Of a stretch of 64,000 nucleotides of DNA, positions 12,821 to 27,212 are shown in pieces; positions within the stretch are counted from its first letter, which is position 1; every line of letters begins with the position of its first letter. The DNA comes from Octopus vulgaris (taxonomy: Eukaryota). The DNA lies in contig OX597834.1 of the NCBI GenBank assembly GCA_951406725.2, positions 1,364,001-1,428,000 on the forward strand, given 5' to 3'. The position numbers and the translations under genes are program-made. The notes beneath the pieces were generated by a model. That model ran no database searches. It saw only the letters and a list, made by a program, of their open reading frames with translations, and was not told the DNA's origin.

Positions 12821-13344
12821 AGCATTAATGCGTGTCTGTGGTTTGGTTAAGAGGATGTCGTCTGCTTAATGATGTTAACCAATCAAATCAGTGTCAGTTA
12901 TTAACAATTACAATCAGATTAGTGAAGGAACTGACTGAGCTTCACTCCTAATCCCCACCCACCCACCTCTACAGTTAAACCATCAGAACATTTCCTAAAT
13001 AACCAATTCCAGTTGTATTTATTTATTTATTTGTGATTATTTACCGTTTTCTGCAATGAATTTGCCTGTTAAACAGCTAAATGGAACTCTGTGATTAATT
13101 TCACTATACGTAAGAGGAAGGCAGTCTCCTCCCGACCCCCTGACCCGGCTGAAATCGTTCTGTCAATTCTCCTGAATATATCTCCGTTGATAGTTCAAGA
13201 AAGATTTCCCTATCACTGATGGCGTCTACGCACAGATATCGGATTTCCAACTCTAAATTACAGAACATAAACCAACAGCAGTGTAAACACAAACACACAC
13301 ATACACTCGCACATGTTCCTTCTGTAGATATAGAACACAACATG

Positions 13345-14460
13345 TTGTAGTTGATGGAGTCCACTCAAGCCCAGCAAAAGTCACCAGCGGTGTCCCCCAG
13401 GGGACTGTCTTCGGTCCGCTACTCTTCATAATTTACATAAACGACCTCTCCAGTGTCGTACATTACTGCAAAGTGAAAATATTTGCTGAAGACACTAAGC
13501 TCCAGCAAATCGTCAATGAAGAAGAAGACCGAACTCAACTCCAGTCTGATCTATATGCTGTGAGTCAATGGGCAGACAGAAACAAAATGTAATGTGAACG
13601 AGGGAAAATTTGAGCTGATGCATTTTGGAAGAAATTCCTCACTAAAACAGCCATACTCTCTTCTTTCAGAGGAACCGCTCACAACCTCTAACAATATCAG
13701 AGACCTGGGTGTAATTGTTGATGACGATCTCAGTTGGAGTGCACACACCAACAAGAAGGTCTATATAGCTCGTAGGATGAGTTCCTGGATCTTAAGAACT
13801 TTCCGGTCCAGAGAATAAGATGTCATCATACCACTTTCCTCCTCCTTTGTAAGGTCACACCTCGAATACTGCTGCCCACTGTGGTCTCCCCATACAAGAC
13901 AAAACATCTCGAGGATTGAATTACCTCAGAGGGCACTCACTAAACGAATTGAAGGCATGGCTTCTCTCGATTATTGCCTTAAAGCCTTGAAACTCTACTC
14001 TCTCCAGCGTCGCCGTGAGCGGTACATCATTTGTACGATGTGGAGAATATACCGCCAACTTTGCCCAAACGACCTGAACATTAGCTTCAAGGTTCATCCA
14101 AGACTGGGACCACGGGCCATACGTCCCCTGCCCAATTCAAGATCACAGCATACATGTACACTGTAACATAATTTCTTTTCCTCAACAGGCCCTGCCCTAT
14201 TTAACATTGTCCCGAAAGAGATCAAAGACGAACAGGAACCCATCAACTTTAAACGGAGTCTGGATAGATTCCTTCAAGGAATACCAGATAAGCCACCCAT
14301 AATTGGATACAACTCACCCAACAAAAACTCACTACTTGAATGGATCAAAAACAAAACTTGACTTAAACAGGATTCAAATAATCCTATCAGGTGGTGCTAT
14401 TAAGTTAGACATAGCCTGGACCAATCTTTGGTCGAAACATATCAAAATTTATCTAAGTTT
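13345..14460 (+). mobile_element. 5'-truncated CR1/L2-group LINE (RT C-terminal half), decayed
   Basis: SGVPQGTVFGPLLFIIYINDL, FAEDTK, IRDLGVIVDDDLSW, WILRTFRSR, LKLYSLQRRRER; 3' hairpin GACCAATCTTTGGTC-GAAAC. Confidence 0.88.
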
Positions 14461-14481
14461 ATATATATAATATTATATTCT

Positions 14482-14872
14482 TTTCTACTCAACGCCCAAA
14501 ATTTTGGAGGAGGGGTCCTATCGATTAGATCGACCCCAGTACACAACGTTGTACTTCATTTATCGACCCCGAAAGGATGAAAGGCAAAGTTGATCTCGGC
14601 GAAATTTGAACTCAGAACGTAGCAGCAGACGAAATACCTATTTCTTTACTACCCACAAGGGGCTAAACACAAAGAAGACAAACAAGGACAGACAAACGGA
14701 TTAAGTCGATTATATCGACCCCAGTGCGTAACTGGTACTTAATTTATCGACCCCGAAAGGATGAAAGGCAAAGTCGACCTCGGCGAAATTTGAACTCAGA
14801 ACGTAGCAGCAGACGAAATACCGCTAAGCATTTCGCCCGGCGTGCCTACGTTTCTGCCAGCTCGCCGCCTTA
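14482..14872 (-). mobile_element. tRNA-derived SINE with internal tandem duplication of its core
   Basis: TTTATCGACCCCGAAAGGATGAAAGGCAAAGT...GAACTCAGAACGTAGCAGCAGACGAAATACC occurs at ~14560-14638 and ~14743-14822; head GGCGGCGAGCTGGCAGAAACG on minus strand. Confidence 0.88.
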
Positions 14873-14904
14873 ACATTATATCATATGATATTATATTGTA
14901 TTGT

Positions 14905-15199
14905 ATTTGTTGTGGAAGATGTGGAATATAGACCAGTCCTTTCACATGGCCCTGAAGAAAAATGTCCCAAGGTGTCAAGTCAGGTGAAGCTGGTGGCCAT
15001 TTCAACAGCACATTGTCATTATGACTAGTATGCCCCATCCAAACTTAATTTTGAAACATTTTGTTAGTTTGAGATCATTTGAGCGAGAATTGGCTGTTAT
15101 CAGACTACGAAATGATGACCTTGTATATACATTAATGTTTGTTTTTATGTCCAGTTATAATAAAAACGATTTTACATTAATTTGATGGGTTACCCTATA
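14905..15199 (-). mobile_element. Tc1/mariner-superfamily transposase remnant
   Basis: KWPPASPDLTPWDIFLQGHVKGLVY (WPPRSPDLTPxDFFLWG motif); TATAGGGTAACCCAT terminus-like sequence at the right end. Confidence 0.7.
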
Positions 15200-15894
15200 C
15201 TTTTATGGAGTACAAATTTATTATTTATTATTTTAAACAATGACATTGTACGGTTAAGAAGTAAGCTATCGACATACGTGGTTTCATGTTCAATCCCACT
15301 GCAATGCAGCTTACTGAGCCACGAGGTTCACCAAGGAATACGAGTAAAATTTTCTTAGCGGAAACTGTAGGAATCCTCTGAAAAAATCTTTCCTTTTTAT
15401 GTGTGAAATATTTAATGCTAGCCTTGAGTTATACATTAAGCTGCATCTGGGAGATAGGGTGACGTTCCAGCTCGGGAGATCAGGAGTCTGGGAGAATATG
15501 GAAAAGTACGGAGTTACCCTTTCCGTTACCCTGGTCCCGGTGTGGTAGTACACGGGAACAGGCTTATTTAAGGATCAAGTTGTATATGATGGTCCAATGG
15601 CTAAGGCTTACAGAGGTCGAACATTGGCTGACCCGTAGACATATATCAGACAGGACCACCTGAATGAGGAAAGGCCTTGATCTTGAGCGAATTAGTCCTC
15701 TTGTCTAAGGGTTAAACAGGCCTTATGCCTTAAGGGCAAACCAGAGAGTAAACAATAAATAAACCAGGTAAAAATGAGAAGGGAAGCAATTGCTGATTCT
15801 TTTCCATGAAACAAATTTCAAATTTTCATTTGGAGGTTGATGGTCGCTGACATTTTTAGGTATATCACCTGAAGATGGACAGAGAGGGAAGGGA

Positions 15895-15942
<48 letters not shown>

Positions 15943-16574
15943 AGGAGTTAATCTATGTCACATTTTAACACCACCTGGAAATTGGGTGGCTTCAGTGAAG
16001 TGCCAATCTACTGCAGACATTTTTGGCCAAGTCTCTTCCTTGAGAATAACCTCGACCATTTCTTTCTCCGTTCTCGAAGACACAAACAAATGATCACAGG
16101 TTCCGCTCTGCCTCCATTTTGACTAAGTCACGCAAAGAGTAAGAATTTTCAAGATCCTGAACGACTCCAATCATCAAGTGAGTCAGCTAAAATTTAGATA
16201 CGGAAACAATTTTATATAAAACGACAGCATAGCCTATTGATCCCTTATTGATTACTTATTGATTAGTAATTCCTTGACCAATCCCATAATTCAGTGTTGC
16301 TATGTTCTATCGAATATATGAATATATTCATCTTATATATGAATATGACGTCGAGTTATTGTTAAAGTTGGTGTCGGCCACATGTAGCCGCGAACAATGA
16401 AAGCAATCACCTAAGCAAACATTAGTCGCCATTCAGGTGTTTTAGCAACATGTAAAAGTAATTACCGCCATCTTGAAATCAATGTCACTCGACAAGTGTG
16501 TATATACTCTGCGAGCATTCGGGCGGCTAAATGTAACGATTTATATATACACCTATACATGCACAGATAGATAG

Positions 16575-16582
16575 CTAGATAG

Positions 16583-16676
<94 letters not shown>

Positions 16677-16725
16677 CATATCATATATATATATATCTGT
16701 ATATATATATATATACATATCTGTA

Positions 16726-16756
<31 letters not shown>

Positions 16757-17115
16757 GTGTGTGTATATATATATATATACATATGTATGTATATACACAA
16801 ATACATACATACATAAACTCATACATATCTACTTACATACATACATAGATACAAACATACATACATACACATAAATACACACATACACATATATACATAA
16901 ATACATACATAAATAAATAGACATATACGCATACATTGATATATATATATATATACACACACACATTCATGCATACATACCTCCTTACATACATACAAAC
17001 ATACACACGTACGTACATACATATATACGTACGTGCATACATATATAGGTACACACAGACATATATATATATATATGCACACACACGTACATACATACAG
17101 ACTATGTATGTATGT
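16575..17115. repeat. (TA)n/(CATA)n compound microsatellite
   Basis: Directly visible. Confidence 0.95.
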
Positions 17116-17261
17116 TATGTAGTTGCAAATGGTGCACATGAAATACTGTCGCAGCTGGTTTTCAACGTGACACTGGCAAGGCAGTGTGTGTCACTCAGTG
17201 CAGAACAAATAGCAGAAAGAACAATTCGATAGCACGGCGATTTCGATTTTCTTGCAGACAT

Positions 17262-18850
17262 TTACATCCCATCCTGATCCTGAATATATCGACAATCTAA
17301 CGACATTTCATTCGGCTCTGATACATACAAACATACGACTGCATTATCACCGATATAATACAAGTATCGGAAAGACATATTCCAAGGAGACAGCATCTCT
17401 GTGATGTTGTTGATGCTTTCTGTGAAGCCGTTGTCATTCATGTTAAGGAAGTCTGAAAGATATCTCACTGGTTCACGAGGAAACAAAAATACCAAAATTA
17501 CTCACCGTTTCTTTGTGGATGACTTGAAACTTTATTTTAAAGAATATGCATGAGAAGTAAAAGAGCCTTGATCTAGTCACAACATTCGCAAAGGATGTCG
17601 GATCGGAGTTTGGTGAAGAAAAATGTTGTTATATGGTTGTGAAAAGGGGGAAAACTATAAACCAGACGAGTAACATCTCCATCAATGATTTGACTCTTTT
17701 CACTGTATGTGACGTGGAATGTTACAGGTATCTAGGAGTGGGTGAAAATATATCTTACGATGGCACCTGTAACAAAACACGTGCCACAAAAGAATATTAC
17801 CGCCGAATAAAGAAAATTTGGACCTCAGTACTCTCAGCATTCAATAAAACAGTGGCCCACAATGTGTTTGTGGTGCCAGTGCTGCTTGATTGGACGCTTG
17901 ATGAGATTCGAGTCCTTGATGTGAAAACCCGAAAAATACTAACAAGCAAACATAATTTCCACATAAACAGTGACGCAGACCGCATCGACCTAAAACGAAA
18001 ACAAGGCGGCAGAGGCTTAACATCGATCCAAAATGTCTTTGAATGTTGCATCATATCCCTTCGGCAACATGTTTTAACCACCGAGTGTCGAAGTGCATCC
18101 CTTGACCAAGTTTGCACACATGAGGCTGATAACATCATAGGACTTGGAAGACAGCTCCTTGAGTAACACTCTTTGATAACCTAGAATACATGCCCAAAGA
18201 AGTCGCACGACTCTACTGCAACATATCCTCAGATGAAAGGATGAACCTATATGAGCAGGAGACTATTCATGGATATGTTAGTAGAAAGCTCCGTGATGAT
18301 AGTATCATCGATCATCAAAGCAGTTTATCACGGACCAATAGCCAAATTACTACCTCCCATGTTGTAGGGTATGCTTTTGCAATCCAAGAACAGGAAATAT
18401 CAACCAAGTACCTGATGCACAAAAGGGACAGAGATGCGGGAAAAGCCGTAAAATGTGATAACCGATGCAGACTGTGGACTTGACACTGAAGATATCACCC
18501 ACCTCATAAGCAGTTGTCCGAAAATGTCATCACGGTATTATCTACCGATGAGAGATGACGTTGTAGCTAGGACACTTTTTACTGAAATCCGACGGAAAGA
18601 TAATCCCAAGGACAAAGAAATAAGAGCCCACTACTCATAATAAAAAGGAATATTAGTCGAATGTCCCAGTGAAGATCTCAACAAAATGTAAACACAACAG
18701 ATCTGATATAATGATTTGGGATAGAGAAGAGAAACTGTGCACAGTTGTGGAAATTAGCTGCCCAACAGATGTTAACATAAAGCTGATGATCACTGGAACT
18801 GTAAAAATCTGTAAAACTTTCCGGAAGTTTATCATTTAAATATATATGAG
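17262..18850 (+). mobile_element. Divergent R4/Dong-like RLE non-LTR element (family D), 5'-truncated and decayed
   Basis: FFVDDLKL, YRYLGV, RKQGGRGL, AIQEQEI, CRLC...EDITHLISSC knuckle, HNRSDIMIWD...VEISCP, TGTVKICKTF; followed by (TACA)n. Confidence 0.85.
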
Positions 18851-19126
18851 CATGTCTCGATATGCAAATATATGCATGAGAATACATACATGAAACATAC
18901 ATACATACATACATACATACATACATACATACATACATACATACATACGTATGTGTATACGTGGTTCTGTCTGTCAAGCTGAGTTGAGATGTGGTACGAC
19001 TCCTACGGGAAGGTTTTCATTTTATTTTATTGAAATTTTTTCTTTTAATTTCCACATTATTTTTTATACTTTCACCTGCTTTGAGTTGACCCGTTAAAGG
19101 TGATATATATATATATACATACAAAT

Positions 19127-19197
<71 letters not shown>

Positions 19198-19200
<3 letters not shown>

Positions 19201-19486
19201 GTGGTGGCGTGGTTGTGCGGGAAGAAACTTCCCAACCACATGGTTCCTGGTTCAGTTCTACTGCGTGGCACCTTAGCCAAGTACTTTCTACTATAGCCTC
19301 GGACTGACAAAAGCCTTGTGAATGGATTTGGTAGGCAGAAACTGAAGGAATTGTGTCACACTGAATTTCCCTGAGAACTACGTTCAAATCGTGTCTGTGG
19401 AGTGCTCAGCCACTTGCAGATTAGATTCAGGCTGTTCTGTTGATTGAATCAACAGGAGCCCTCGTTGTCGTAACCGACGGAGTGTA
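19198..19486 (+). mobile_element. SINE (distinct family) with degenerate tRNA-like head
   Basis: GGCGTGGTTGTG...GGTTCAGTTCTACTGCGTGGCACCTTAGCCAAG...GGATTTGGTAGGCAGAAACTGAAG; ends GTCGTAACCGACGGAGTG. Confidence 0.6.
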
Positions 19487-20764
19487 CAGTTATATAAATT
19501 CATACAGAACGCTCGATTGCACTTGATTGCACACAGAGGAGCCTCTGCTGCAGAGCTAGTCGCCACAGAAAATTCTCATCTTAGACGGCATGTGTAAAAA
19601 GAAGGGCTTTGAATGACGTCAATGTATTATGGTAGGATTCATGCGTTTCTGTGTTGTTTTACTTCGAAACGACGGTCTTCGGTACAATTTTTGTATAGCA
19701 GCAGTTCGTAGTCGGATAGTGCAGCCAACAACAACTTTCCAGAGATTCCAAATCACATTTGTAACAACTGGTTATATTGCCACAAGGATCGTATCTCGCT
19801 GGGTCTATGTTCGATTTCTTCATGTCATCAAGGAATGATCTAAGCGTTTCTTCGAACGGTAGACCTGTGTGAGAGATTCTCAAAGTGTTCGGTGAAGGAG
19901 CACTGAGTGGTGTGATCATTGAAAGTAGTCATTGTGGGAGAAAATAACCAAGCTACACCGGCTGCAAGAAAAGCAAGCAGTTAAGTGACCGTTAACTCAT
20001 TTTATGAAATGAGCTAATATATTTAATTTAATTAAAATCAACTATTGATGCTCTACCGAGTGAAGCTAATCTTATATACTTTATTATTTTGAGTCAAGAA
20101 TTCCCAGTTTGGCACTGTAAAACCTAAAATATTACAGTGCTGACTTCGTTATCACAATATGGTGCTGTGACTGGATTTGGGGCAAACATTTTGTTTTCTC
20201 TCCTTTCAACTTTAATCAAATAATTAACAGTAATACAATGATTTCTAATTAAGGCATTAGACCAATGATAATGATTAATAGTAATATAACGGTGATGTTT
20301 TTTTATTGGCTGTCCTCACTCTTTCGCCCCAATTTGTGACGACTGTGAGGTTTGTCCAAACGAGACTCTTAAAAGAAAAGTATCGGTTTCAACTTTGAAA
20401 AGGATAACGAAATCTTGAATGATTTACTTTTTGAATTTTGTCACAAACAAGGAAATGAAAGAAAAATGAACAGGATGACAACGATCCAGTCTTAGTAATA
20501 ACAATAATGATGATGACGATGATGATGATGATTTGTGATGAAAGATTTAGACTGGAATGAGCAAAAGTTTAATGAAAGTGCCAGCCTAGGGCAAGGCGAT
20601 GTTCAACAACACCAAAGAGTTTGTGAAGCTGCCAAATAAGGCTGGAAACGGGAAAAGTCAGTTGTGGCAGAAGGACTGTTTCTAAATGTTGATAAAGGCT
20701 CAGATGGAAAATATAAGAGAAAGAGAGAGAGAGAGAGAGTGTGTGTGTGTGAGAGAGAGTGAGA

Positions 20765-20803
<39 letters not shown>

Positions 20804-20821
20804 GATTGTTTGTGTGTGTGC

Positions 20822-20862
<41 letters not shown>

Positions 20863-21059
20863 AATATGTTTCTTTGGTGATTGGAATTCGCTGTTCACGG
20901 CCAATAGATTTGATTCTCATCCAATCGACCCATAAACTTATATGAAGGAACCTCGGGGAAAATGGCTTCGTGCTTTCTATTATTTTTGGTATAACAAAAA
21001 TGGACGAGTCTCGTTACAGTCGTTGTTAATGTCGTTATTGTTGTTGCTGCTACTGATGC

Positions 21060-22215
21060 TTAGCTCGAGGTCAGGCATGAAACCTCATACCTAGTAGCAA
21101 AGGTGTTCCAAATGTGATCATGGTGTATATCTCCTCCTGAGACGAGTGAAAGATAAGAGTTGTTACATTTTGACTGAAAGCTTGGGGCGAGGGGTTGGCA
21201 GGGGTAGTAGCGAAAAATCTTCATGTAATACAACACAGACATTTAAATTGATAAGGTTTTTCTAAGGATGTGGGCAGTACTTGTTAGCTTAATCTTTGGG
21301 ATTTCTTTGAGATATGGTTCTCCTGGGATATTATCTAGATGTTTTTGACATCCCTTTCTTATCACTCCTAGGGCACCCAAAATAATAGGAACAGTTCTCG
21401 CTTTGAGATACCACGTCTTTTGTATTTCAATTTCCAGGTCCCTATATTTACTTAATTCGTCAAATTCCTTTACAGATATATTTTTATCAGTAGAAACACT
21501 TACACCTTTTAATGTACCAGTGTTTTCTTCCCCTATCTTTAATAATTATGTCTGGTCAATTAGCCTGGATCATTCTGTCTGTGTTGACTGCAAAATCCCG
21601 AAGAATAGTGACATTTTTACCTTCAACGACTGGCTCAGGATGATGTTCATACCAGTAAGTAGGAGTGTTGATTTTGTAGAGTTTACATATTTTCCGATGT
21701 AAATACTGTCCTACCCTATCGTGGAGATTTTTGTATTCGTTTGACAACAACACAGGACATTCTGAGACGAGATGGTCTATTGTTTCGTCAAATGCATCGC
21801 AGAATCTGCATTTAGGGTCAGAACCGTTTTGAAGAACGTTAGCCTGGTAGCTTTTGGTAAGCAAGCCTTGGTCTTGTGCCATCAATATGAAACCTTCAGT
21901 TTCTGCTTTCGGTCCTGAGCTTCTCAAACACTGATGGGTTGTTTCTTGGTCTGCATCAACATTTTGATTTCGAAGTATATACTGTCCATGTGGTGGAGGC
22001 TTCTGACTCCACCACACCTCAACTTGTTTCTGCCCATTCTTTTTTGAAGTCTCTTTGATCCGTTTTGCTTGTATGGGGAGATGCCATTTCCGATTCTTCA
22101 TCTAGTTCAGGGTTAATGCCAAGTTCCCTTGCGAATTTGCAAGCTTCCTTGACAATAGAATGTGACTTTCTGTTGCTTTCATCGTTGCACAAAAGTGCAA
22201 GATAAGTGCTTGTTC
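21060..22215 (-). mobile_element. R4/Dong-type element, 3' fragment (family C)
   Basis: ETEGFILMAQDQ, CRFCDAFDETIDHLVSEC, HDRVG; 3' UTR homologous to 6420-6640. Confidence 0.88.
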
Positions 22216-22219
22216 ATTG

Positions 22220-22608
<389 letters not shown>

Positions 22609-24449
22609 GGAGCACTATTAAATTGAAGTGTATTGTACACTTGAGCTGAGGCCCTGCAACGCTCACTCACTGACATTTCATATGTTTACGCTAGGTTTGA
22701 CACATCACTTCAACACTCTCTTCATAATCTCCACTGTTTTCCCTCCATCACTAATGCTAAGCAAAGTGTGTGTGCGCTTGTTAGCCGACGACTGTTTGTT
22801 CATTGAGAAACAGTGTTCGTTTGAAAATGTCACCGCCTGGTTGAAGTTTCACTCGTCACACGACGGAGACGTTTACCTATAATAAGAAGAACGACCAGAA
22901 TGGAAATTCGAAAATCTACATCGTCTAATTAGAAATACATTTAATTATGATGTTATCAGAGTCCCTGGAGCTTAGAGAGGGTTCGTTGTTCGTTCTCGAC
23001 TGAAATCTTATAAATTGATACAACAAAAGGAGAGGAAATACTCGGCCAAAACTAAAACGTTTCATCGGACGACGGACGTGTTTGTGGTGGTGGCGTTGAT
23101 TAACAACAATGTATTAATTAATGATTCGCTTTCAATATAGTTTCCTATATTTCATATTTCAGAGAAATATGAAATATGGGAAACTATTTCGCCGCTAAAT
23201 TCTAAACTGAATAGATAATTAAATAATTAGTATCGCGTTTGTTAATCACCATTTGTTTATATTTATATCCAATTGTGAAGACAACTGCATTGTTGTGAAG
23301 GGAAGTGCTTTGTTTATGAGAAAGAAAGAGAGACAGACAGACGGACAAACAGGCAGACAGACAGAGGGACAAACAGACAGACCGACTGAAGATGATAGAT
23401 TATGAGGTGACTGATTTTAGCGTCTAAATGTTGTGAATACAACAGATACAATACATCGCCATTGTTGCCATTTTAATGGAGAAAAGATATAAGTTAATAA
23501 ATTATGATCTCAACCTTGTCAACATCTTACTCGGTTTTTGTGCTGCAAAGATTTCCATACAAACAAAACCACAAGAAAAACCCGTAAGAAGACCAACATA
23601 AAAAAATAACAGCAAATAATTGATTTATGAAATAAAAGATTTCACAATGTACAGATAAATTGTTTCCAATTTATACAACATCTTAGACTGACTGGAGATG
23701 GGTGGTAGCAGAGTATGATATATTCTATTGACTGGACAGAAGAGTTGGGACAGAGGCGGGAGGGGGATCGACAGACCTTTAAGTGTTTGGAGAAGAGAAG
23801 TAGAGTATTGTGATGTCTTAAGTTGGTTGGAGATAAGAAATAGGATATTGTGATGTCTTAAACTGTCTGGGGAGGACAAACAGGACATTGTAATGTCTTT
23901 AATTGAAATGAGAAAAGCTTGCAAGGTGTCAGATTTGGTTGGAATAAAGTGGTTCCCTGTCCTATTCATCGGTGAAGAAGATGTAAAACTGTGATGTGTT
24001 CAACAGATGACAATGACGTCATCAGTGTGAACATTTTAATTAATTCGTTACAGGTGTTATTCCATTTCTGATATTCAATGCTATATGACATGTTTATTGG
24101 CGTTTATTTTAGCCACAGATCCAGTAAGCCTATTGTCTACGGCGTTCCAGCCATAACCATGCCGTCAACTTGCCTGATGGGTCCTCTCCTTGTTTAAAAG
24201 TAGGTATTTGAGGGAAGCTCGGTTACTATTTCGAGCATTTCTTTTTTTTAAAGCTGCCATATTGTGTTAACAACAATTCAGCCATGATTCAGCAGACCTC
24301 TGATGAGGGTATTCCAGCCGAGACCACCACATTTCATTAAGAGCGCTCACCCTTCTTTAAAGACAGAAGGTTCCGCTTTGAAGTAGGATTGACTGCTATT
24401 ACCAGCATGCCGAGCGGCTTTGAAGACATTCTTTAGCTTCTATCGACAG

Positions 24450-25110
24450 TGTACACACACACACACACACACACGCACACACGTTTACACAAGCACAAGC
24501 ATTCATACAAATATATACATATATATGTGTGTGTATTTATATGTGTATGTATATGTAAATGTATATATATACACACACACCTGCACGCACAGCACGCGCT
24601 CCCACACATATACACACACACGCCCACACACCTGATACCCACACCCTTGGCTACACTAACACACCCACGCACACACCACCTCACCCCTCTCTTCCTCTTA
24701 CACACGCATACACGCACACACTCATGAGCGCACACATACCTCCACACACACAACCCTACACATATACAACCCTCCACACTCACACACACACATCCACACA
24801 CATCCACACAACACACACGCACATACCTCTACACACAACGCACACACAATGCACACATGCACACATCCACACACAGACAACCCTCCACACAACAACCATC
24901 CACACAACACACACACGCATGCACACACATACACGCACGTACACACGTATACACACATACATATACACATTCCCCCTCTGTCTACACACAGAGCCACCCT
25001 CACCCTTTCACACAGGCACACCCACCCATTTACACACCCTTCAGACAACGCACCCGCATTCCACCTCACCCCTCTCTCCTTTCACACACACACGCGCATG
25101 CTCACACACC
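24450..25110. repeat. Degenerate CA-rich low-complexity tract
   Basis: Directly visible; source of His/Thr ORFs. Confidence 0.9.
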
Positions 25111-25259
25111 GATATTTTCCTCACTCGCCACGGGTACTCTCTTTTTGTCTTTTCCTTCATATCATTGGGTTTCGTTCCATCTGCTGCAATGCCTTCATCA
25201 TTTCACCACTTGGCAACCATAAACCTTCAGTTCTGAAAAGCTTTCCTCATCTCAAAACC

Positions 25260-25260
25260 A

Positions 25261-25296
<36 letters not shown>

Positions 25297-27212
25297 CATT
25301 TTCAGTAGTTTTATTTTTATAGCGTGCTTTCACTTCACTACCGAGCGCAGCTCTGTGTGCCTTGGGTATGTGCTGTGATTTGTTGTGATGCTCTGATGGT
25401 TATTGTATGGAAAGTGTTCTGCGTAGGATGTGTGCAGTGCCTAGTAGTGCAATTTTCTGTATGTCATATGTGTTTGTAAGTCCTGGTGTTTTTGTTATGT
25501 ATTTATCTGAATATTTTTTTATCATGCCTAATGCACCCACTATGATAGGAATTGTTTCTGTTTTCAGATTCCACATTCTAGTTACCTCTATTTCCAGGTC
25601 TTTGTATTTTGAGAGTTTCTCCATTTCTTTTAGAGACACGTTGTCATCTGCCGGTATTGATACATCAATTAGAAAGCATTTTTTTTCTTCATGATCTCTG
25701 ACAACTATATCTGGTCTGTTGGCCTTAATTTCTCTATCTGTGTGTATCGGCATATCCCAGAGTATGGTTGCTTTCTCGTATTCTGTGACATTTTCTGGTG
25801 TGTGCCTATACCATCTTTTTTCTGTTGTTATTCCATAATGTTGGCATAGCTTCCAATGTATGTAGGTTCCAACTCTGTCATGTCTGTGAATATATTCCTT
25901 CTTAGCCAGGACTAGGCAGCTAGAGATAATATGATTTATTGTTTCTTGTCCATCTCCACATATTCTGCAGTTACTTGTAATATTTCTTTTCATTACATGT
26001 TTTTGGTAATTTCTGGTGGGGAGGCTTTGGTCTTGTGCTGCAATTAAAAATCCCTCTGTTTCTGCTTTGAGTCCTGAGCTTCTCAACCATTGCTGGGATT
26101 TTTCTTTGTCTATTTCTTTTGCGTTTAGTTTAGTGCAGTATTTACCATGAAGGGGCTTTTCTTGCCATCGTTTTATCATGGTTCGTTGCTGTTCTATTTT
26201 TAGTTTGGATTTCATTTGTTTTATAGCTTTTGTTGTTTCTTCATCATCTTCTTCTTCTTCGTGTTTATTAGGTGGTGTGATTTCTTGTTTGTATTTGTCA
26301 GCTTCCTTAAATACTGAGAACATTTTTTTGTTTTGCTCGTGTTTTGCTGCTATCTGGATCAGTTTTCCTTCCTTCTGAAGTAGATATTTTTGCAGTCCTA
26401 TGGTGGTTATTTTATAGTAGTTTTCCAGCTGTATAAGGCCTCTACCACCTTCTATATGTTGTATATATAGTCTTTCTATGTCAGATTTTGGGTGATGCAT
26501 CCTAGATCCTGTCAGTATTTTTCTTGTTTTCCTATCTATTTTGGACAGTTCATTCCGTGTCCAGTTAAGGATATTGTAGCTGTAACTTATAACTGGGACA
26601 GCTAAAGTGTTGATACCTATTATCTTGTTTTTAGCATTGAGCTCTGTTTTTAGTATTGATCTAACTCGTCTATAATATTCTTTTTTTATTTTCTCTTTCA
26701 TTTGTGTGTGTTGTGTCTTGTCTAGTTCATGGATTCCTAAGTATTTGTAAGTTTGGCTTTGGTCTAATTCTTTTATTTCATTGGTTTTATCTAGTGTGAT
26801 GTTGTTACTCTTAACTAGTTTTCCTCTTTTCATGGTTACTTTGGCGCATTTTTCTAATCCAAATTTCATATCTATTTCTTTGGTAAATCCATGAACTGTC
26901 TTTAATAGTGTTTCCAGCTGTTTGTCATTTGCAGCGTATAGTTTTAGGTCATCCATATATAAAAGGTGGCTGATCGTTTTGCCGTAACATTTATATCCGC
27001 ATCCAGTTCTATTTAGCATATCAGATAGAGGTGACAGTGCCAAGCAGAAAAGGAGTGGAGAGAGCGTGCCTCCCTGGAATATTCCTCTCCTAATGGGGAT
27101 GTCTTTGGTTTTCATGAGTCCATCTTTTGTTTGGAGGTGTAGGACTGTCTGCCATTTATTCATAGAGTGCTCTATTTTATGATTGTTGGTGCTACTTTGT
27201 TAATGGCTAGTG
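25260..27212 (-). mobile_element. 5'-truncated R4/Dong element (family B) with uninterrupted ORF
   Basis: 587-aa ORF with RT C-half, CCHC and RLE; 3' UTR ends in (TAA)n at 25260-25296. Confidence 0.93.
25400..27163 (-). CDS. Retrotransposon RT (partial) + CCHC + PD-(D/E)xK endonuclease
   Basis: IFQGGTLSP, YMDDLKL, CRICGDGQETINHIISSC, RHD, RPDIVV...LIDVS, KYKDL; no stops, N-terminus missing. Confidence 0.85.
   Translation of the reverse strand: MNKWQTVLHLQTKDGLMKTKDIPIRRGIFQGGTLSPLLFCLALSPLSDMLNRTGCGYKCYGKTISHLLYMDDLKLYAANDKQLETLLKTVHGFTKEIDMKFGLEKCAKVTMKRGKLVKSNNITLDKTNEIKELDQSQTYKYLGIHELDKTQHTQMKEKIKKEYYRRVRSILKTELNAKNKIIGINTLAVPVISYSYNILNWTRNELSKIDRKTRKILTGSRMHHPKSDIERLYIQHIEGGRGLIQLENYYKITTIGLQKYLLQKEGKLIQIAAKHEQNKKMFSVFKEADKYKQEITPPNKHEEEEDDEETTKAIKQMKSKLKIEQQRTMIKRWQEKPLHGKYCTKLNAKEIDKEKSQQWLRSSGLKAETEGFLIAAQDQSLPTRNYQKHVMKRNITSNCRICGDGQETINHIISSCLVLAKKEYIHRHDRVGTYIHWKLCQHYGITTEKRWYRHTPENVTEYEKATILWDMPIHTDREIKANRPDIVVRDHEEKKCFLIDVSIPADDNVSLKEMEKLSKYKDLEIEVTRMWNLKTETIPIIVGALGMIKKYSDKYITKTPGLTNTYDIQKIALLGTAHILRRTLSIQ

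Noticed and set aside
22640-22890. Minus-strand terminal exon (TTATAG|GT... KRLRRVTSETSTRR*)
   Set aside because: Plausible acceptor, but the peptide is short and unrecognisable and no partner exon was found
24300-24306. CTGATGA hammerhead core
   Set aside because: No GAAA or stem III; it lies in an old degraded repeat also seen near 80-155, 1745-1870 and 32090
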